NCBI GenBank assembly: GCA_040220235.1
Contig: JAVJTO010000101.1
Reading direction: 5' to 3' (one strand)
DNA length: 64,000 bases
Origin: Coleofasciculus sp. B1-GNL1-01
GTDB lineage: Bacteria; Cyanobacteriota; Cyanobacteriia; Cyanobacteriales; Coleofasciculaceae
Shown: positions 53,508 through 64,000 of the stretch, piece by piece
How the letters are laid out: each line of letters opens with the position of its first letter
How positions within the stretch are numbered: position 1 is the first letter of the stretch
The notes under the pieces: generated by a model
The model's database searches: none
Told to the model about the DNA's origin: nothing
Seen by the model: the letters and a program-made list of their open reading frames with translations, nothing else
Translations under genes and position numbers: made by a program

Positions 53508-55877
53508 ATGGCGATATTGGGAAATCCAAGATTTAGCCGAACGTTGCCATTGGCAATGTTCGAGCGGCTGCAAGAGTTATTGCAGCAGATGCAGGGAAAA
53601 ATTGGTAGGGAAGCTGTACTCTTGCGATCGCAGGACTTGCCCAGCGTATCTGTGGGTCTAGATCAACAGGTGCAACGATTTACGCTGCTGGTATCTCCAG
53701 GGTTCCGCGCCTTGCTAATCGCGACTCCGATTGAGTCACAGGGGGAAGCGGAGGCAAATTCCCATTCCAGCCTGTATCAGGTTGGGTTAACCTTTGAATC
53801 AGACGCGATCGCAGGTTTTCTCGATCAACTCACTCAACGGTTCACCCGCCAACCCCAGATTCTGCATGTCTTCAAGCTTGTCCAAACCTATCCACAAGCG
53901 AACCAAGCAAGCATCCAGAGTGAATTTACGCTGTTGTTGATGGACATACTCACCGCTAATCCCATCAGCAACGAATCTATCCATCCTTACTGTGAGGTTG
54001 GTCAACCCATTGAAGCAGCGCTACGCCAACAGGTTGAGCAGGAACGGCTAGTTAACCAGGTTACCACTCACATTCGTCAAAGTCTAGAATTACCCGTTAT
54101 CCTCTCCACGGCTGTCGATGAGGTGCGCCATTTCTTGAACGTTGATCGATTATTAATCTATCAATTTGACGGCGATTTAGTTAACCTGAGGAATGAGAGC
54201 GATAAAATTAAGATTGACAATTCCACAACTGTCACCGATGAATTCGAGAACGCCAAGTCTCTAACTTCACCGCCTCCCTCACAACAGGATGAGGGTTGCG
54301 TCACTTATGAAGCCCGCCGTTCTAATGAAATTCGTTCAGTTCTCAATTGGCGAGAGGAAAAGGACTGCGCCCTCTATGTTTCCAACTGTCGCACCAAATA
54401 TCACCAAGGATTTACTGGGGCGATTGATGATATTGAAGTCGCCTACAGCGATTCTCCCTGTTTACTGCAACTGCTGCAACAAACCCAAGTCAAAGCTAAG
54501 TTAGTCGCGCCGATTATTGTTCAAAATCGCCTCTGGGGATTACTAATTGCCCACCAATGTTTTGCACCCCGACACTGGCAAGAAAGTGAAAAACTGTTTC
54601 TCAAACAAATTGCCGAACACTTGGCTGTTGCCATTTATCAGGCTCAATTGTATGCCCAACTGCACCAGCAAAAAAGTAGCCTAGAACAGCGCGTGATTGA
54701 GCGCACCCAGGAACTTCGAGATGCACTGCAAGCGACACAAGCCGCGAACCATGCCAAAAGTGAATTTCTGGCGGCAATGAGTCATGAGTTGCGGACGCCC
54801 CTGACTTGTGTGATTGGACTATCAGCAACATTATTGCGTTGGTCATTAGGGGAGGGAGGTAGCAAAACTGTATCCATTGAGAAACAACGGCGTTATTTAC
54901 AAACCATCCAAGAAAATGGGGAACACTTACTGGCACTAATTAACGATATTCTTGATTTTTCCCAGTTAGAGGCGGGAAAAGCAGTTTTAAATATCAACGA
55001 ATTTTCCCTGCGATATCTTGCCCAGCAAACCTTACGATCCTTAAAAGAAAAAGCCAGTAGTGGTAAAGTAGAATTAATCCTCGATTGGCAAGTCCCTACC
55101 CCCAAGGATCGCTTTCAGGCTGATCCACGCCGACTCCGGCAAATTCTGTTTAACTTATTGGGAAATGCGATAAAATTTACCCCGGCTGGTGGTCAGGTCA
55201 CCTTAAGGGGGTGGCGAGAACAGAATCGAGCAGTGTTTCAAATCGAAGACACGGGGATTGGCATTCCCCAAGAACAAATTCCCCTAATGTTTCAAAAGTT
55301 TCAGCAGTTAGAGAAAACTTATCAGCGTACCTACGAAGGTACAGGTTTAGGGCTAGCCCTGACTCAACAATTGGTCGAACTCCATGGCGGTACAATTGAA
55401 GTTGAATCCACTGTGGGAAAAGGGTCTATATTTACCGTTTGCGTGCCTATCCAATCAGTTGTTCCAGGAGGAACCAAATCACCCGCCTCATCGGAAAAGG
55501 GATCTTCGATGCCAGGGAGTATCGTTTTAATCGAAAATAATGAAGCGAGTGCGACAGCCATCTGTGAAATTCTCACGGCGGCGGGTTATCATCTAGTTTG
55601 GCTGATCGAAAGTTCAACGGCTGTGAGGCAAATTGAACTGCTGCAACCCCATGCCGTGATTCTGGATTGGCAGTTATCGGCAATGGACGGATATGAGATC
55701 AGCTATTATCTCCACCATAAGACGACAACAGCACACATCAAAGTATTAGCTTTGCTCACATCCTCACTCTCAGCCGATGAACAGCACGATCTCAACGCCC
55801 TCGTTGACGATTACTTACCCAAACCCGTAGAACCTGCCCAACTTCTGCACAAAGTTGCCACATTGATGGCAACATGA
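53508..55877 (+). CDS. cikA: Circadian input kinase CikA (GAF-HisKA-HATPase-pseudoreceiver)
   Basis: MSHELRTPLTCVIGLSATLLRW; N-terminal FTLLVS/VGLTFE region; receiver with degenerate acidic pocket (IENN). Confidence 0.85.
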   Translation: MAILGNPRFSRTLPLAMFERLQELLQQMQGKIGREAVLLRSQDLPSVSVGLDQQVQRFTLLVSPGFRALLIATPIESQGEAEANSHSSLYQVGLTFESDAIAGFLDQLTQRFTRQPQILHVFKLVQTYPQANQASIQSEFTLLLMDILTANPISNESIHPYCEVGQPIEAALRQQVEQERLVNQVTTHIRQSLELPVILSTAVDEVRHFLNVDRLLIYQFDGDLVNLRNESDKIKIDNSTTVTDEFENAKSLTSPPPSQQDEGCVTYEARRSNEIRSVLNWREEKDCALYVSNCRTKYHQGFTGAIDDIEVAYSDSPCLLQLLQQTQVKAKLVAPIIVQNRLWGLLIAHQCFAPRHWQESEKLFLKQIAEHLAVAIYQAQLYAQLHQQKSSLEQRVIERTQELRDALQATQAANHAKSEFLAAMSHELRTPLTCVIGLSATLLRWSLGEGGSKTVSIEKQRRYLQTIQENGEHLLALINDILDFSQLEAGKAVLNINEFSLRYLAQQTLRSLKEKASSGKVELILDWQVPTPKDRFQADPRRLRQILFNLLGNAIKFTPAGGQVTLRGWREQNRAVFQIEDTGIGIPQEQIPLMFQKFQQLEKTYQRTYEGTGLGLALTQQLVELHGGTIEVESTVGKGSIFTVCVPIQSVVPGGTKSPASSEKGSSMPGSIVLIENNEASATAICEILTAAGYHLVWLIESSTAVRQIELLQPHAVILDWQLSAMDGYEISYYLHHKTTTAHIKVLALLTSSLSADEQHDLNALVDDYLPKPVEPAQLLHKVATLMAT

Positions 55878-55954
55878 AGTTGTTATTTGTCCTTGGTCTT
55901 ATGTCCTTGGTCATTTATACTTGGTTGTTGACTTAATCAATAAGGAGTGTAAGC

Positions 55955-56290
55955 ATGAGCGAATTTCTAGATTTCCTCAAACATAAGTATGCGTATGTCG
56001 CGATCGGAGAATTTAAGCCCGGTAAATTTGAAGAAGCCCAACAGCTTTATGAAGAAGCTGTCTCGACTTACACTCACGGATTTCAAGGGGCATATATGCT
56101 GCGAGAACCGGGAACGGATAAAGGGATTGCCGTTATCTTTTGGGATCATATCGAAGACATGGATGAAAATCAAAATGAGGCTTACCAACAGATTTTAGAG
56201 AAGATGTCTCATTTATTTGTCAAGCCCCCCACGACCACATTTTATGAAGTGTCCAGTCAAATACCGCCTTCTGTGAAAACAGCAGAATAA
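55955..56290 (+). CDS. ABM (dimeric alpha+beta barrel) family protein
   Basis: FKPGKFEEA...GFQGAY...W pattern; AAGGAG RBS. Confidence 0.75.
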   Translation: MSEFLDFLKHKYAYVAIGEFKPGKFEEAQQLYEEAVSTYTHGFQGAYMLREPGTDKGIAVIFWDHIEDMDENQNEAYQQILEKMSHLFVKPPTTTFYEVSSQIPPSVKTAE

Positions 56291-56292
56291 TC

Positions 56293-57390
56293 ATGCTGCA
56301 ACGAATCATTATCAACGGCTTCAAATCCATTAAAACCATGGATCTGGAGTTGCGCCCCTTAAATGTCTTGATTGGAGCCAACGGAGCAGGTAAAAGCAAC
56401 CTGGTTGCGTTTTTTAAGCTGCTGAATGAGATGATGGCGGGACGACTTCAACAGTACATCGCCATGTCAGGACGCGCTCAATCTCTGTTGCACTTTGGTC
56501 CCAAGATAACACCGCAAATAGAGGCGCAACTAGAGTTTGAGGCTGATAATGGAATGGATACCTATACCCTGCGTTTATTCCATGCCGCAGGGGATACGCT
56601 TTTTTTTGCTGAAGAAACCTTGAGCTTTTTACAAACAGGTTACTCATCTCCAAGAACTGACTTATTAGGTGCAGGACATCAGGAAACAAAAATCAGCGAA
56701 GCAGCAGACGAAGGTACGCAGACAGCCAAAGCACTCAGATTCTTGCTCAACCGCTGCCGTGTGTATCACTTTCACGATACATCGTCTACGGCGGGGGTTC
56801 GTCAATCCTGTTATGTTGGTGACAACCGATGGCTGATGCCAGATGCTGGAAATTTAGCCGCCTTACTCCTCAGATTCCGCCAAGAAAATGGTGGTTCGGC
56901 TTATCAGCGTATTGTCAAAACCATCCGTTTAATTGCCCCATTTTTTGATGATTTTGTGCTTGAACCAGATGCCTCTAATCGCGTCATTTTAAACTGGAAA
57001 GAAAAGGAATCAGATCAGGTATTTGGACCCCATCAGTGTTCTGATGGGACGTTGCGAGCAATATGCCTTACCACATTGCTCTTACAACCAGAAGATGAAT
57101 TACCGGAACTGATTATTGTTGATGAACCGGAACTCGGTCTTCATCCCTATGCTCTCAATGTTGTAGCGGCGATGTTTGGCAAGGCTTCGTATAACACACA
57201 AATTCTCATCAGCACCCAATCTAGTTCTTTTTTGGATAACTTTGATCCTGAAGATGTCATTGCGGTAGATCGACAGGGTAAAGAGTCATACTTTAAACGG
57301 TTAGATGCCACAGCATTAGCCGATTGGCTTGATGAATATAGTTTAGGAGAAGTTTGGGAGAAAAATGTCATTGGTGGGGGACCCCATTAA
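56293..57390 (+). CDS. AAA_21/ABC-type ATPase
   Basis: GANGAGKSN, SDGTLR, IVDEPELGLHP, STQS. Confidence 0.9.
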   Translation: MLQRIIINGFKSIKTMDLELRPLNVLIGANGAGKSNLVAFFKLLNEMMAGRLQQYIAMSGRAQSLLHFGPKITPQIEAQLEFEADNGMDTYTLRLFHAAGDTLFFAEETLSFLQTGYSSPRTDLLGAGHQETKISEAADEGTQTAKALRFLLNRCRVYHFHDTSSTAGVRQSCYVGDNRWLMPDAGNLAALLLRFRQENGGSAYQRIVKTIRLIAPFFDDFVLEPDASNRVILNWKEKESDQVFGPHQCSDGTLRAICLTTLLLQPEDELPELIIVDEPELGLHPYALNVVAAMFGKASYNTQILISTQSSSFLDNFDPEDVIAVDRQGKESYFKRLDATALADWLDEYSLGEVWEKNVIGGGPH

Positions 57391-57620
57391 TGGTACGTCT
57401 CTACTTATTTGCTGAAGGACCAACTGAACAAACATTCGCCGATAACATCCTGAAACCACACCTAGCTAATTATGGTGTTTTTATGGACAAAATTGTGCTT
57501 ATTGCCCACGCTCGGAAAAAGGGTAAAGTACATCGCGGTGGTGGTAGGCAGTTTTATCCCTTGGCTGATGAAAGCATGAAAACCTTTTGTCTTGTCCCCA
57601 CCCATAAAGGGGGTAGTTAA
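57390..57620 (+). pseudogene. Truncated DUF4276-like (TOPRIM-like) partner of the ATPase
   Basis: MVRLYLFAEGPTEQTF...RGGG, then unrelated-looking sequence; start overlaps the ATPase stop (TAATG). Confidence 0.75.
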
Positions 57621-57686
57621 CCCGGATTTGGTATCACTCTTTCGGGATGAAATAACAAGAAGGCAGAGGACAAAGAACACAATTAT

Positions 57687-59036
57687 TCATTCATTCATAT
57701 TTCGGTAAGTTGCTACCGCTGACGGTGAAATTCGGTTCAGATAACGGAAAATCCAATATTTAATCACCGAATCGAGAATCACCGGAAACGTGGCAATAAA
57801 CAAAAAGATAAAATCATGATTTTCGGGAATCCCGAAATGTCGCGAAATTGCCGCCAGAATCACTTCCCAACCGTGGGGAGAGTGGAATCCGACAAACATA
57901 TCGGTAAACAAAATAATGATAAAGGCTTTGGCGCTATCACTGAGTCCGTATACAATATCATCAATAAACGATTTTAAAACCACAAAATCCGCTTTACTAG
58001 TAACAATCACTCCAGCAAAAAAAGCGAGAGAAATTAAGTCAGAAAAAATATTCTTAATCGCATCAGAACTGCGATACTGATAATCTTCAGCTAGCTCTGT
58101 GGCTTTTTCTCTCAGCCGTTCTTCCATTTCTTCCGAGGATAACTTCGGTGCCATTCCCAATAAGCTTTTAAAGTGCAGTTCCTCTTCAAACCGCTGGAGT
58201 TCAGTGAAGGCTTCTTCCTTCATGTCAATATTTAAAAAAATACCCGGTTCATTTTCTGAGCGAAACGAGTCAACAATGGGTCCAACCACAAATGTTTTAG
58301 CCACCTGATGGGCTAAAATGGGAACAATAATCAGCGTGAGAATAAACTTGATCGAAATCAAGGTTTTGTCGCGAGACGTGCGAAACTTCTTGACAACTTC
58401 CTCTTCAGCTTTAGGATCAAGTTCTCGCTGTAGGCGGTTGACGGTTCGCAGAATTGACCGAGGCACAACCCCGGTTTTATCCGATACGGTTTCTAACGCA
58501 TCATTTTGGGGATTAACGCTAGCCTGCTTCAACTGGGATAAGGTTTTGGCATTGGCTGTCGTTCTGGGACTACCGTTGGCTTGAGCCACTTGATTGGCAG
58601 ATAGCGGGATCAAGGAAACGGAGGATGGCTCAGGTTCTGAATATCGTTTTAATAGTTCATCAATAAAGTTGAGTTTTTCGATGATAATCGCTTGCTTTTC
58701 GGTTAATTCTATGGGGTCATAGCGGGCTAAGTTATCTCTGGAACCGAGCAAGCCATTCGTTGTTTTTGGCTCAGAAATCCGGAAAACTGACCGACTGGTT
58801 CTAAATTCCCGTAAGCGAACTCGAATCGTATTTAAATATTTCTTTAAGTCAGCCTCAAAATAGGAAATAACACTATCACTATGTTGACTGGAGCGAGCCG
58901 AAATTTTTTGCCCATTGAAATGCTCATCTTCAATGGATTTAATCGTTAACGCAGCTTTGTAAGCTTGATCTAAGGCTCTTTCGGGGGTATCCGCGAACCA
59001 TTGGTTAGCCAGACGTAAAATAGAGGGTAGCTTCAT
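57687..59036 (-). CDS. pcxA: Proton extrusion protein PcxA (CemA family)
   Basis: TPERALDQAY, FTDMFVGFHSPHGWEV, YLNRISPSAVATY. Confidence 0.95.
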   Translation of the reverse strand: MKLPSILRLANQWFADTPERALDQAYKAALTIKSIEDEHFNGQKISARSSQHSDSVISYFEADLKKYLNTIRVRLREFRTSRSVFRISEPKTTNGLLGSRDNLARYDPIELTEKQAIIIEKLNFIDELLKRYSEPEPSSVSLIPLSANQVAQANGSPRTTANAKTLSQLKQASVNPQNDALETVSDKTGVVPRSILRTVNRLQRELDPKAEEEVVKKFRTSRDKTLISIKFILTLIIVPILAHQVAKTFVVGPIVDSFRSENEPGIFLNIDMKEEAFTELQRFEEELHFKSLLGMAPKLSSEEMEERLREKATELAEDYQYRSSDAIKNIFSDLISLAFFAGVIVTSKADFVVLKSFIDDIVYGLSDSAKAFIIILFTDMFVGFHSPHGWEVILAAISRHFGIPENHDFIFLFIATFPVILDSVIKYWIFRYLNRISPSAVATYRNMNE

Positions 59037-59266
59037 CGAAACGGCTAATATCTCAATAAAAAATAGTCCGGAGTGATCCTGGCTCTCAATCGCCAGAATT
59101 AATATAGTTTACTGTACGTGGTATGTTAACAGATATTAAGTCCAAGTAGGTTGGTGGCAATAAATCCACCTAGATTAAGTTCTGTAAATAAACCTCAAAC
59201 CCTTACATAAACATAGCTTGCTTCTCAAGGGAGCGAGTATGACGAATGACAAATGACGAATGACAA

Positions 59267-61453
59267 ATGACGAATTCGATTTGGATTAGTGGTGGTACTC
59301 GCACGGGCAAAACAACTCGGCTGGTGACTCTGTTTCGCCAATGGGTAGAAGCGGGATGGGGTCGATCGCGTCAGTTATCTTCTCCCATTGTCCACAAAAA
59401 GCGGCGCGATCGCTATCAGACGCCTGCTTTGTTAATTTTGGCAGCCAATGCTGATAATCGTCGGGAGTTGACGGATCGGCTCACCACGACGTTACAGGGG
59501 CGTTATCCAGTGCGCTGTCAGACGCCCTTGGGCTTCTTTCAGGACGAAGTAATTCTATTTTGGCCCCTTTTAATCCAACGGTTAAATCTGAGGGCGCAAT
59601 TTCCCCTGCGCTTGCGCCCGGAAACAGAACAGGATTTAGCCATGCAGTTATGGCGTCCCCAACTCGAATCTGGATTAATTCCGATACCGGGAACTAATGA
59701 GTCAGTTCGGGTGCGGCGTCTGTTAGATTTGTTACAATTAGCCGCCCTGAGTGGGACGCCGATTGAAGAGATTCCCAGGATGCTAGAACAGGGAGTGGTG
59801 GAACTGGAAGCCACCCCGGATCAATGGGAATTAATCGGTAAACTGCTGTTAGATTGGCGGGAGTGGTGTCTGGATAAGGGACTATTAACCTACAGTCTGG
59901 TGGGTGAACTCTATTGGCGGGAAATGTTACCCGATGCTACCTATAAACAGTATTTAACCCAGCGTTATCGGGCGATACTGGCAGATGATGTGGATGAGTA
60001 TCCCGCGATCGCACGAGATTTGTTTGATTTACTCTTAGATCAGGGTATCGTGGGGGCGTTTACCTATAATCCCCAGGGTCAAGTGCGCTTAGGTTTAAAT
60101 GCTGATCCGGATTATTTGTCAGGATTAGCCTCTCGGTGTCAAGTGGAATCCTTACCCTCACAGCCGAATGATTCCTTAGCTGATGCGTTATCCCCAATGG
60201 CGGTAGACCTACTCAACGACCCCATTATATTGTCAGAGTTGCCGGAGTTTTTGCGATCGCTACAAACCACATCCCGCGCTCAGTTGTTGCGCCGCACCGC
60301 CGAGGTAATTGTAGAAGCCGTGAAGTCGGGACAAGTGGAACCGGGGGATATTGCCATCATTGCACCCGGATTAGACGCGATCGCCCGCTATACTTTAACC
60401 GATATTCTCACTAAACAGGGGATTCCCATCGAACCGTTGAACGAACAGCGCCCCCTGATTAGTTCCCCCTTAATTCGAGCCTTATTAACCCTGCTAACCC
60501 TTGTCTATCCAGGGTTAGGGCGGTTAGTAGATCGGGAGGCGATCGCCGAAATGCTTGTGGTTCTTAGTCGTACACCCGAACCCGTGGCGACGCCTGAGGA
60601 AGACTTCCCCATCCCCAGTCCCAATATTGACCCGGTACGGGCGGGTTTACTCGCGGATTACTGCTATTCTCCTGATCCCGACTCCCCCCGCTTATTACCC
60701 GTTGAAACTTTTGCCCGTTGGGATCGTTTAGGACATCGGGCGACAACGGCTTACACCCAGATTCAGCAATGGTTAGAGGTGCAACGAGAACAGCAGCAAC
60801 AGCGCCTAATTCCGTCCTGTGTAGTGATTCTCGATCGCGCCATCCAGAAATTCCTATGGAATGGTTCTAATCTACCTTACGATCAAATTTCCGCCTTGCG
60901 GGAACTCATGGAAACCGCCCAACATTATTGGGAAGTGGATGGACGATTGCGGAAACTCCCCGCCAATACGACTGATGAGGAAATAGCCAGAGGGGGAACA
61001 CCACCGCAGGCGACAATTTCCCAATTTATTCAGTTATTGCGTCGGGGAACCGTCACCGCCAATTCCTTTCCCGTGCGTCGCCTCCCCGCTACGGCTAATT
61101 CAGCCGTTACCCTAGCCACTATTTTCCAATATCGCGCTGCCCGTGGCTATCACCGTTGGCATTTTTGGTTAGATGCGGGCTCTCATCTGTGGAGTCAGGG
61201 AGGTGCAGCGACGTTATTTGCAGCCCCCTTATTTCTCAAGGATTGGTTTGGACAGCCCTGGACAGAAGCCGATAAAATCCAAGCAGATGAGGAACGCCTG
61301 CAACGGATTTTACAGGATTTGTTAGGGCGAGTTCGCGATCGAGTGTATTTGTGCCATAGTGATTTAGCCGTTAATGGGACAGAACAAACGGGTCCGTTGT
61401 TAAACTTAGTTCATTCATCAATAGAGTTAACGGCTGAGTCAGTTGTGAGTTAG
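59267..61453 (+). CDS. Conserved cyanobacterial degenerate SF1 helicase-like protein
   Basis: GGTRTGKT P-loop, LADDVDEY, IAIIAP. Confidence 0.75.
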   Translation: MTNSIWISGGTRTGKTTRLVTLFRQWVEAGWGRSRQLSSPIVHKKRRDRYQTPALLILAANADNRRELTDRLTTTLQGRYPVRCQTPLGFFQDEVILFWPLLIQRLNLRAQFPLRLRPETEQDLAMQLWRPQLESGLIPIPGTNESVRVRRLLDLLQLAALSGTPIEEIPRMLEQGVVELEATPDQWELIGKLLLDWREWCLDKGLLTYSLVGELYWREMLPDATYKQYLTQRYRAILADDVDEYPAIARDLFDLLLDQGIVGAFTYNPQGQVRLGLNADPDYLSGLASRCQVESLPSQPNDSLADALSPMAVDLLNDPIILSELPEFLRSLQTTSRAQLLRRTAEVIVEAVKSGQVEPGDIAIIAPGLDAIARYTLTDILTKQGIPIEPLNEQRPLISSPLIRALLTLLTLVYPGLGRLVDREAIAEMLVVLSRTPEPVATPEEDFPIPSPNIDPVRAGLLADYCYSPDPDSPRLLPVETFARWDRLGHRATTAYTQIQQWLEVQREQQQQRLIPSCVVILDRAIQKFLWNGSNLPYDQISALRELMETAQHYWEVDGRLRKLPANTTDEEIARGGTPPQATISQFIQLLRRGTVTANSFPVRRLPATANSAVTLATIFQYRAARGYHRWHFWLDAGSHLWSQGGAATLFAAPLFLKDWFGQPWTEADKIQADEERLQRILQDLLGRVRDRVYLCHSDLAVNGTEQTGPLLNLVHSSIELTAESVVS

Positions 61454-61727
61454 GGATCTGCGTAAAAGTAGAGTACCAGTGAGGAAAGCTGGATTCATGA
61501 ACTCAGCCAAACGTCCTTGGTACATTATTAAGTCGCAAGTCCCTTATCGTTTCTAAGGAGTGAACAAAAGATTCGGGCTTTTTCGATCACATTAAAGGAT
61601 TTTCCCTAACAATAGTGCAGCGAGAAGCCCCTACATTCCCTACATTCTCAAATGCACCTGACGGATGCAGCAAGCCCATGCGATCGCCTGTGTTTTTAGG
61701 TCTACTTTTAATTGGGGGAGGATAACT

Positions 61728-62371
61728 ATGATTTTCATTAATCCCAAAACTGATTTTGCCTTTAAAAAGATATTTGGTTCTGAACAAAACCCAGAAATCC
61801 TCATTAGTTTCCTGAATTCCCTCCTCTACGGCGGACAACCCCGCATCACCTCATTAGAAATAATTAATCCTTATCTCGCCCCAAAAATCTAGGGAATTGA
61901 AGATACGTTTCTGGATGTAAAAGCCAAACTCACCGATGAGACAACGGTGATTATAGAGATGCAAGTCCCTTTGTCGAATTACCAAAATTTACTAAAGAGT
62001 TAGAAGAATTAGAAACCTTAGCGGATAAATGGATATACTTTATTAAATGTGCGAGAGGATTAGAGACGATACCGGAAACAATGGCACAAGTCCCGGAAAT
62101 ACGTAAGGCGTTTGAAGTCGCGAATCAAGCGAATCTGACTCGTGAAGAGTTAGAAGCACTAGAACAGCGAGAAATGTATATTCATGACCAACGGAATGCG
62201 ATTAAATTAGCCTTGAGACAAGGAATTGAACAGGGAATTCAACTGGGACGAGAACAAGGGATTCAGGAGTCTAAAGTAGAAATGGCTCGGAAAATGCTAG
62301 GGATTGTCGATGAAGAGACGATTAGTCAGATCACTGGTTTGAGTTTAGAAGAGGTGCGACGGTTGAGGTAG
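61728..62371 (+). pseudogene. Rpn-family nuclease pseudogene (premature TAG at 61890-61892 plus internal deletion); C-terminal ORF 62081-62371 intact
   Basis: MIFINPKTDFAFKKIFG...; IEMQV joins directly to the ELPKF region in another frame. Confidence 0.85.
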
Positions 62372-62483
62372 AAATTGTCATTAGTGAATGCGCTCGCCTG
62401 TTAATTCCGACAAACGCCCCCAGGTTATCTATCCTTCATTTAATCAAATACAATGAAATAAGTTGTCGCTCCCTGAACGACTC

Positions 62484-63200
62484 ATGCTAGAGTACAACCC
62501 ATCCAATTGCTTACCCTGTGCAGAAGAGCTACCCGATTCTGACGATACGCCAGTGGATAATGAACTGCAAGATTTGATTCCCTCATTACTTAAAGCTGTC
62601 CTAGCGCTGTTGTGGGAGAAGCGCTGGGATTGGTTTTTTGGGGTGGATATGGCGATATATTATCACGCCAAAGAACCGGCGATTGTACCCGATGGGTTTT
62701 TGAGTGTGGGAGTACAACGGTTTATTGAGGAAGACTTGCGTCTGTCTTATGTGGTGTGGGAAGAGCAGGTTGTACCTATGTTGGTGCTGGAGGTAGTATC
62801 CCATAAGCGTCGCGGGGAATATAGCAGCAAGAAAAAAATTTATCGGGACATGGGGGTACTCTATTATGTGGTGTACAATCCCCTGCGGCGTCGTAAAGCC
62901 CCGTTGGAAGTGTATAAATTAGTGGATGGGGAGTATCAGTTACAGTTTGGTAATCCGGTGTGGTTAGCAGAAATCGGATTAGGGATAGGAAGAGAGCGGG
63001 GAACCTATCAGGGAATAAATCGAGAGTGGTTGTACTGGTACAATGAGCAAGGACGAAGAATCTTGACGCCAGAGGAACAAATTGCTCAGGAGAGACAACG
63101 CGCAACAGAAGCTGAACAAGTGGCTCAACAGGAGCGACAACGGGCAAAATTGTTAGAGGAGAGATTGCGATCGCTAGGTGTTGAGCCGGATAATTTGTGA
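62484..63200 (+). CDS. Uma2-family endonuclease
   Basis: LPDSDDTPVDNELQ, VPDGF, LEVVS; ATG at 62484 chosen as start. Confidence 0.9.
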   Translation: MLEYNPSNCLPCAEELPDSDDTPVDNELQDLIPSLLKAVLALLWEKRWDWFFGVDMAIYYHAKEPAIVPDGFLSVGVQRFIEEDLRLSYVVWEEQVVPMLVLEVVSHKRRGEYSSKKKIYRDMGVLYYVVYNPLRRRKAPLEVYKLVDGEYQLQFGNPVWLAEIGLGIGRERGTYQGINREWLYWYNEQGRRILTPEEQIAQERQRATEAEQVAQQERQRAKLLEERLRSLGVEPDNL

Positions 63201-63407
63201 TCACACATAAGACACTGATTGAATCATATTCTGCCACCGACTAATTTGCTTGCCTATAGACCTCATCAACCGTAAACCGTAGGGTGGGTTAAGCGGTATT
63301 CAATTGAGAGAACAAATCATTTAATTACCTATCCGCTGTAACCCACCAAGTTATCGTTTCTAACCAGTGAACAAAAGGGATTTCCGGCGCTTGAGAGAGT
63401 GGTTTGC

Positions 63408-63508
63408 TCAAAAAGATTGGGAAATTTGGGATAAGCAAATTGAGGCGGATAGTGCTAATGGTAAACTGGATTTTTTGCTGGAAGAGGCAATGACTTTATT
63501 TGGGTAAG
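63408..63508 (+). pseudogene. Fragment of a small antitoxin-like protein (WDKQIEADSANGKLDFLLEEA) cut by a MITE end
   Basis: Motif recognised from memory; no start codon; MITE TIR follows. Confidence 0.45.
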
Positions 63509-63656
63509 CTGTTCGGCATTTAAACCATAATGTCAAGAATTGCGTTAAGTTGACACGGATGGATCGGATCGTGTCCCTACCATAAATGGTTTGTGTGCTT
63601 AATGACTCAAGAGGAATAAAATACAATGAAATTAGTTGTCGCTCCCTAACCGACTC

Positions 63657-64000
63657 ATGCTAGAGTACAAGCCATCCGATTGCTTACCCTGTGCAGAAGA
63701 GCTACCCGATTCTGACGATACGCCAGTGGACAATGAACTTCAAGATTTGATTCCCTCATTACTAAAAGCTGTCCTAGCGCTGTTGTGGGAGAAGCGCTGG
63801 GATTGGTTTTTTGGGGTGGATATGGCGATATATTATCACGCCAAAGAACCGGCGATTGTACCCGATGGGTTTTTGAGTGTGGGAGTACAACGGTTTATTG
63901 ATGAGGACTTGCGCCTGTCTTATGTGGTGTGGGAAGAGCAGGTTGTACCCATGTTGGTGCTGGAGGTAGTATCCCATAAGCGTCGCGGGGAATATAGCAG
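63657..64000 (+). CDS. Uma2-family endonuclease, near-identical tandem copy (partial)
   Basis: DNA nearly identical to 62484 onward. Confidence 0.9.
   Translation, partial: MLEYKPSDCLPCAEELPDSDDTPVDNELQDLIPSLLKAVLALLWEKRWDWFFGVDMAIYYHAKEPAIVPDGFLSVGVQRFIDEDLRLSYVVWEEQVVPMLVLEVVSHKRRGEYS

Overview
Genomic window from a filamentous cyanobacterium (abundant HIP1 GCGATCGC sites, heptamer STRR arrays, GTAG-type REP hairpins; Coleofasciculus/Microcoleus-like by gene content, not verified). Core genes include mgtE, phoX, cobN, cikA, pcxA, a two-domain histidine phosphatase, a CAAX/CPBP protease, two further histidine kinases (one with two DXCF cyanobacteriochrome GAFs), AAA_35/WD40 proteins and several Uma2 and Rpn nucleases. 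The main feature is a ~13 kb island (about 12.4-25.5 kb) bounded by two diverged ~100 bp copies of the 3' end of the CPBP protease gene; the homology stops 4 bp past a HIP1 site. The island carries a type III-B-variant Cmr operon (cas10/cmr2, cmr3, cmr4, cmr5, cmr6-cmr1 fusion) with no cas1, cas2 or cas6. Its Cas10 appears to lack the GGDD palm region through an in-frame deletion and has a degenerate HD motif. Three copies of one leader-repeat-trailer CRISPR cassette (1, 2 and 0 spacers; the last inverted) sit between and after the cas genes, along with a four-helix-bundle gene and a TM + receiver-like candidate effector. REP/STRR elements are also inserted in frame in several proteins, three times in CobN. 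All calls are by eye; no database searches were run.
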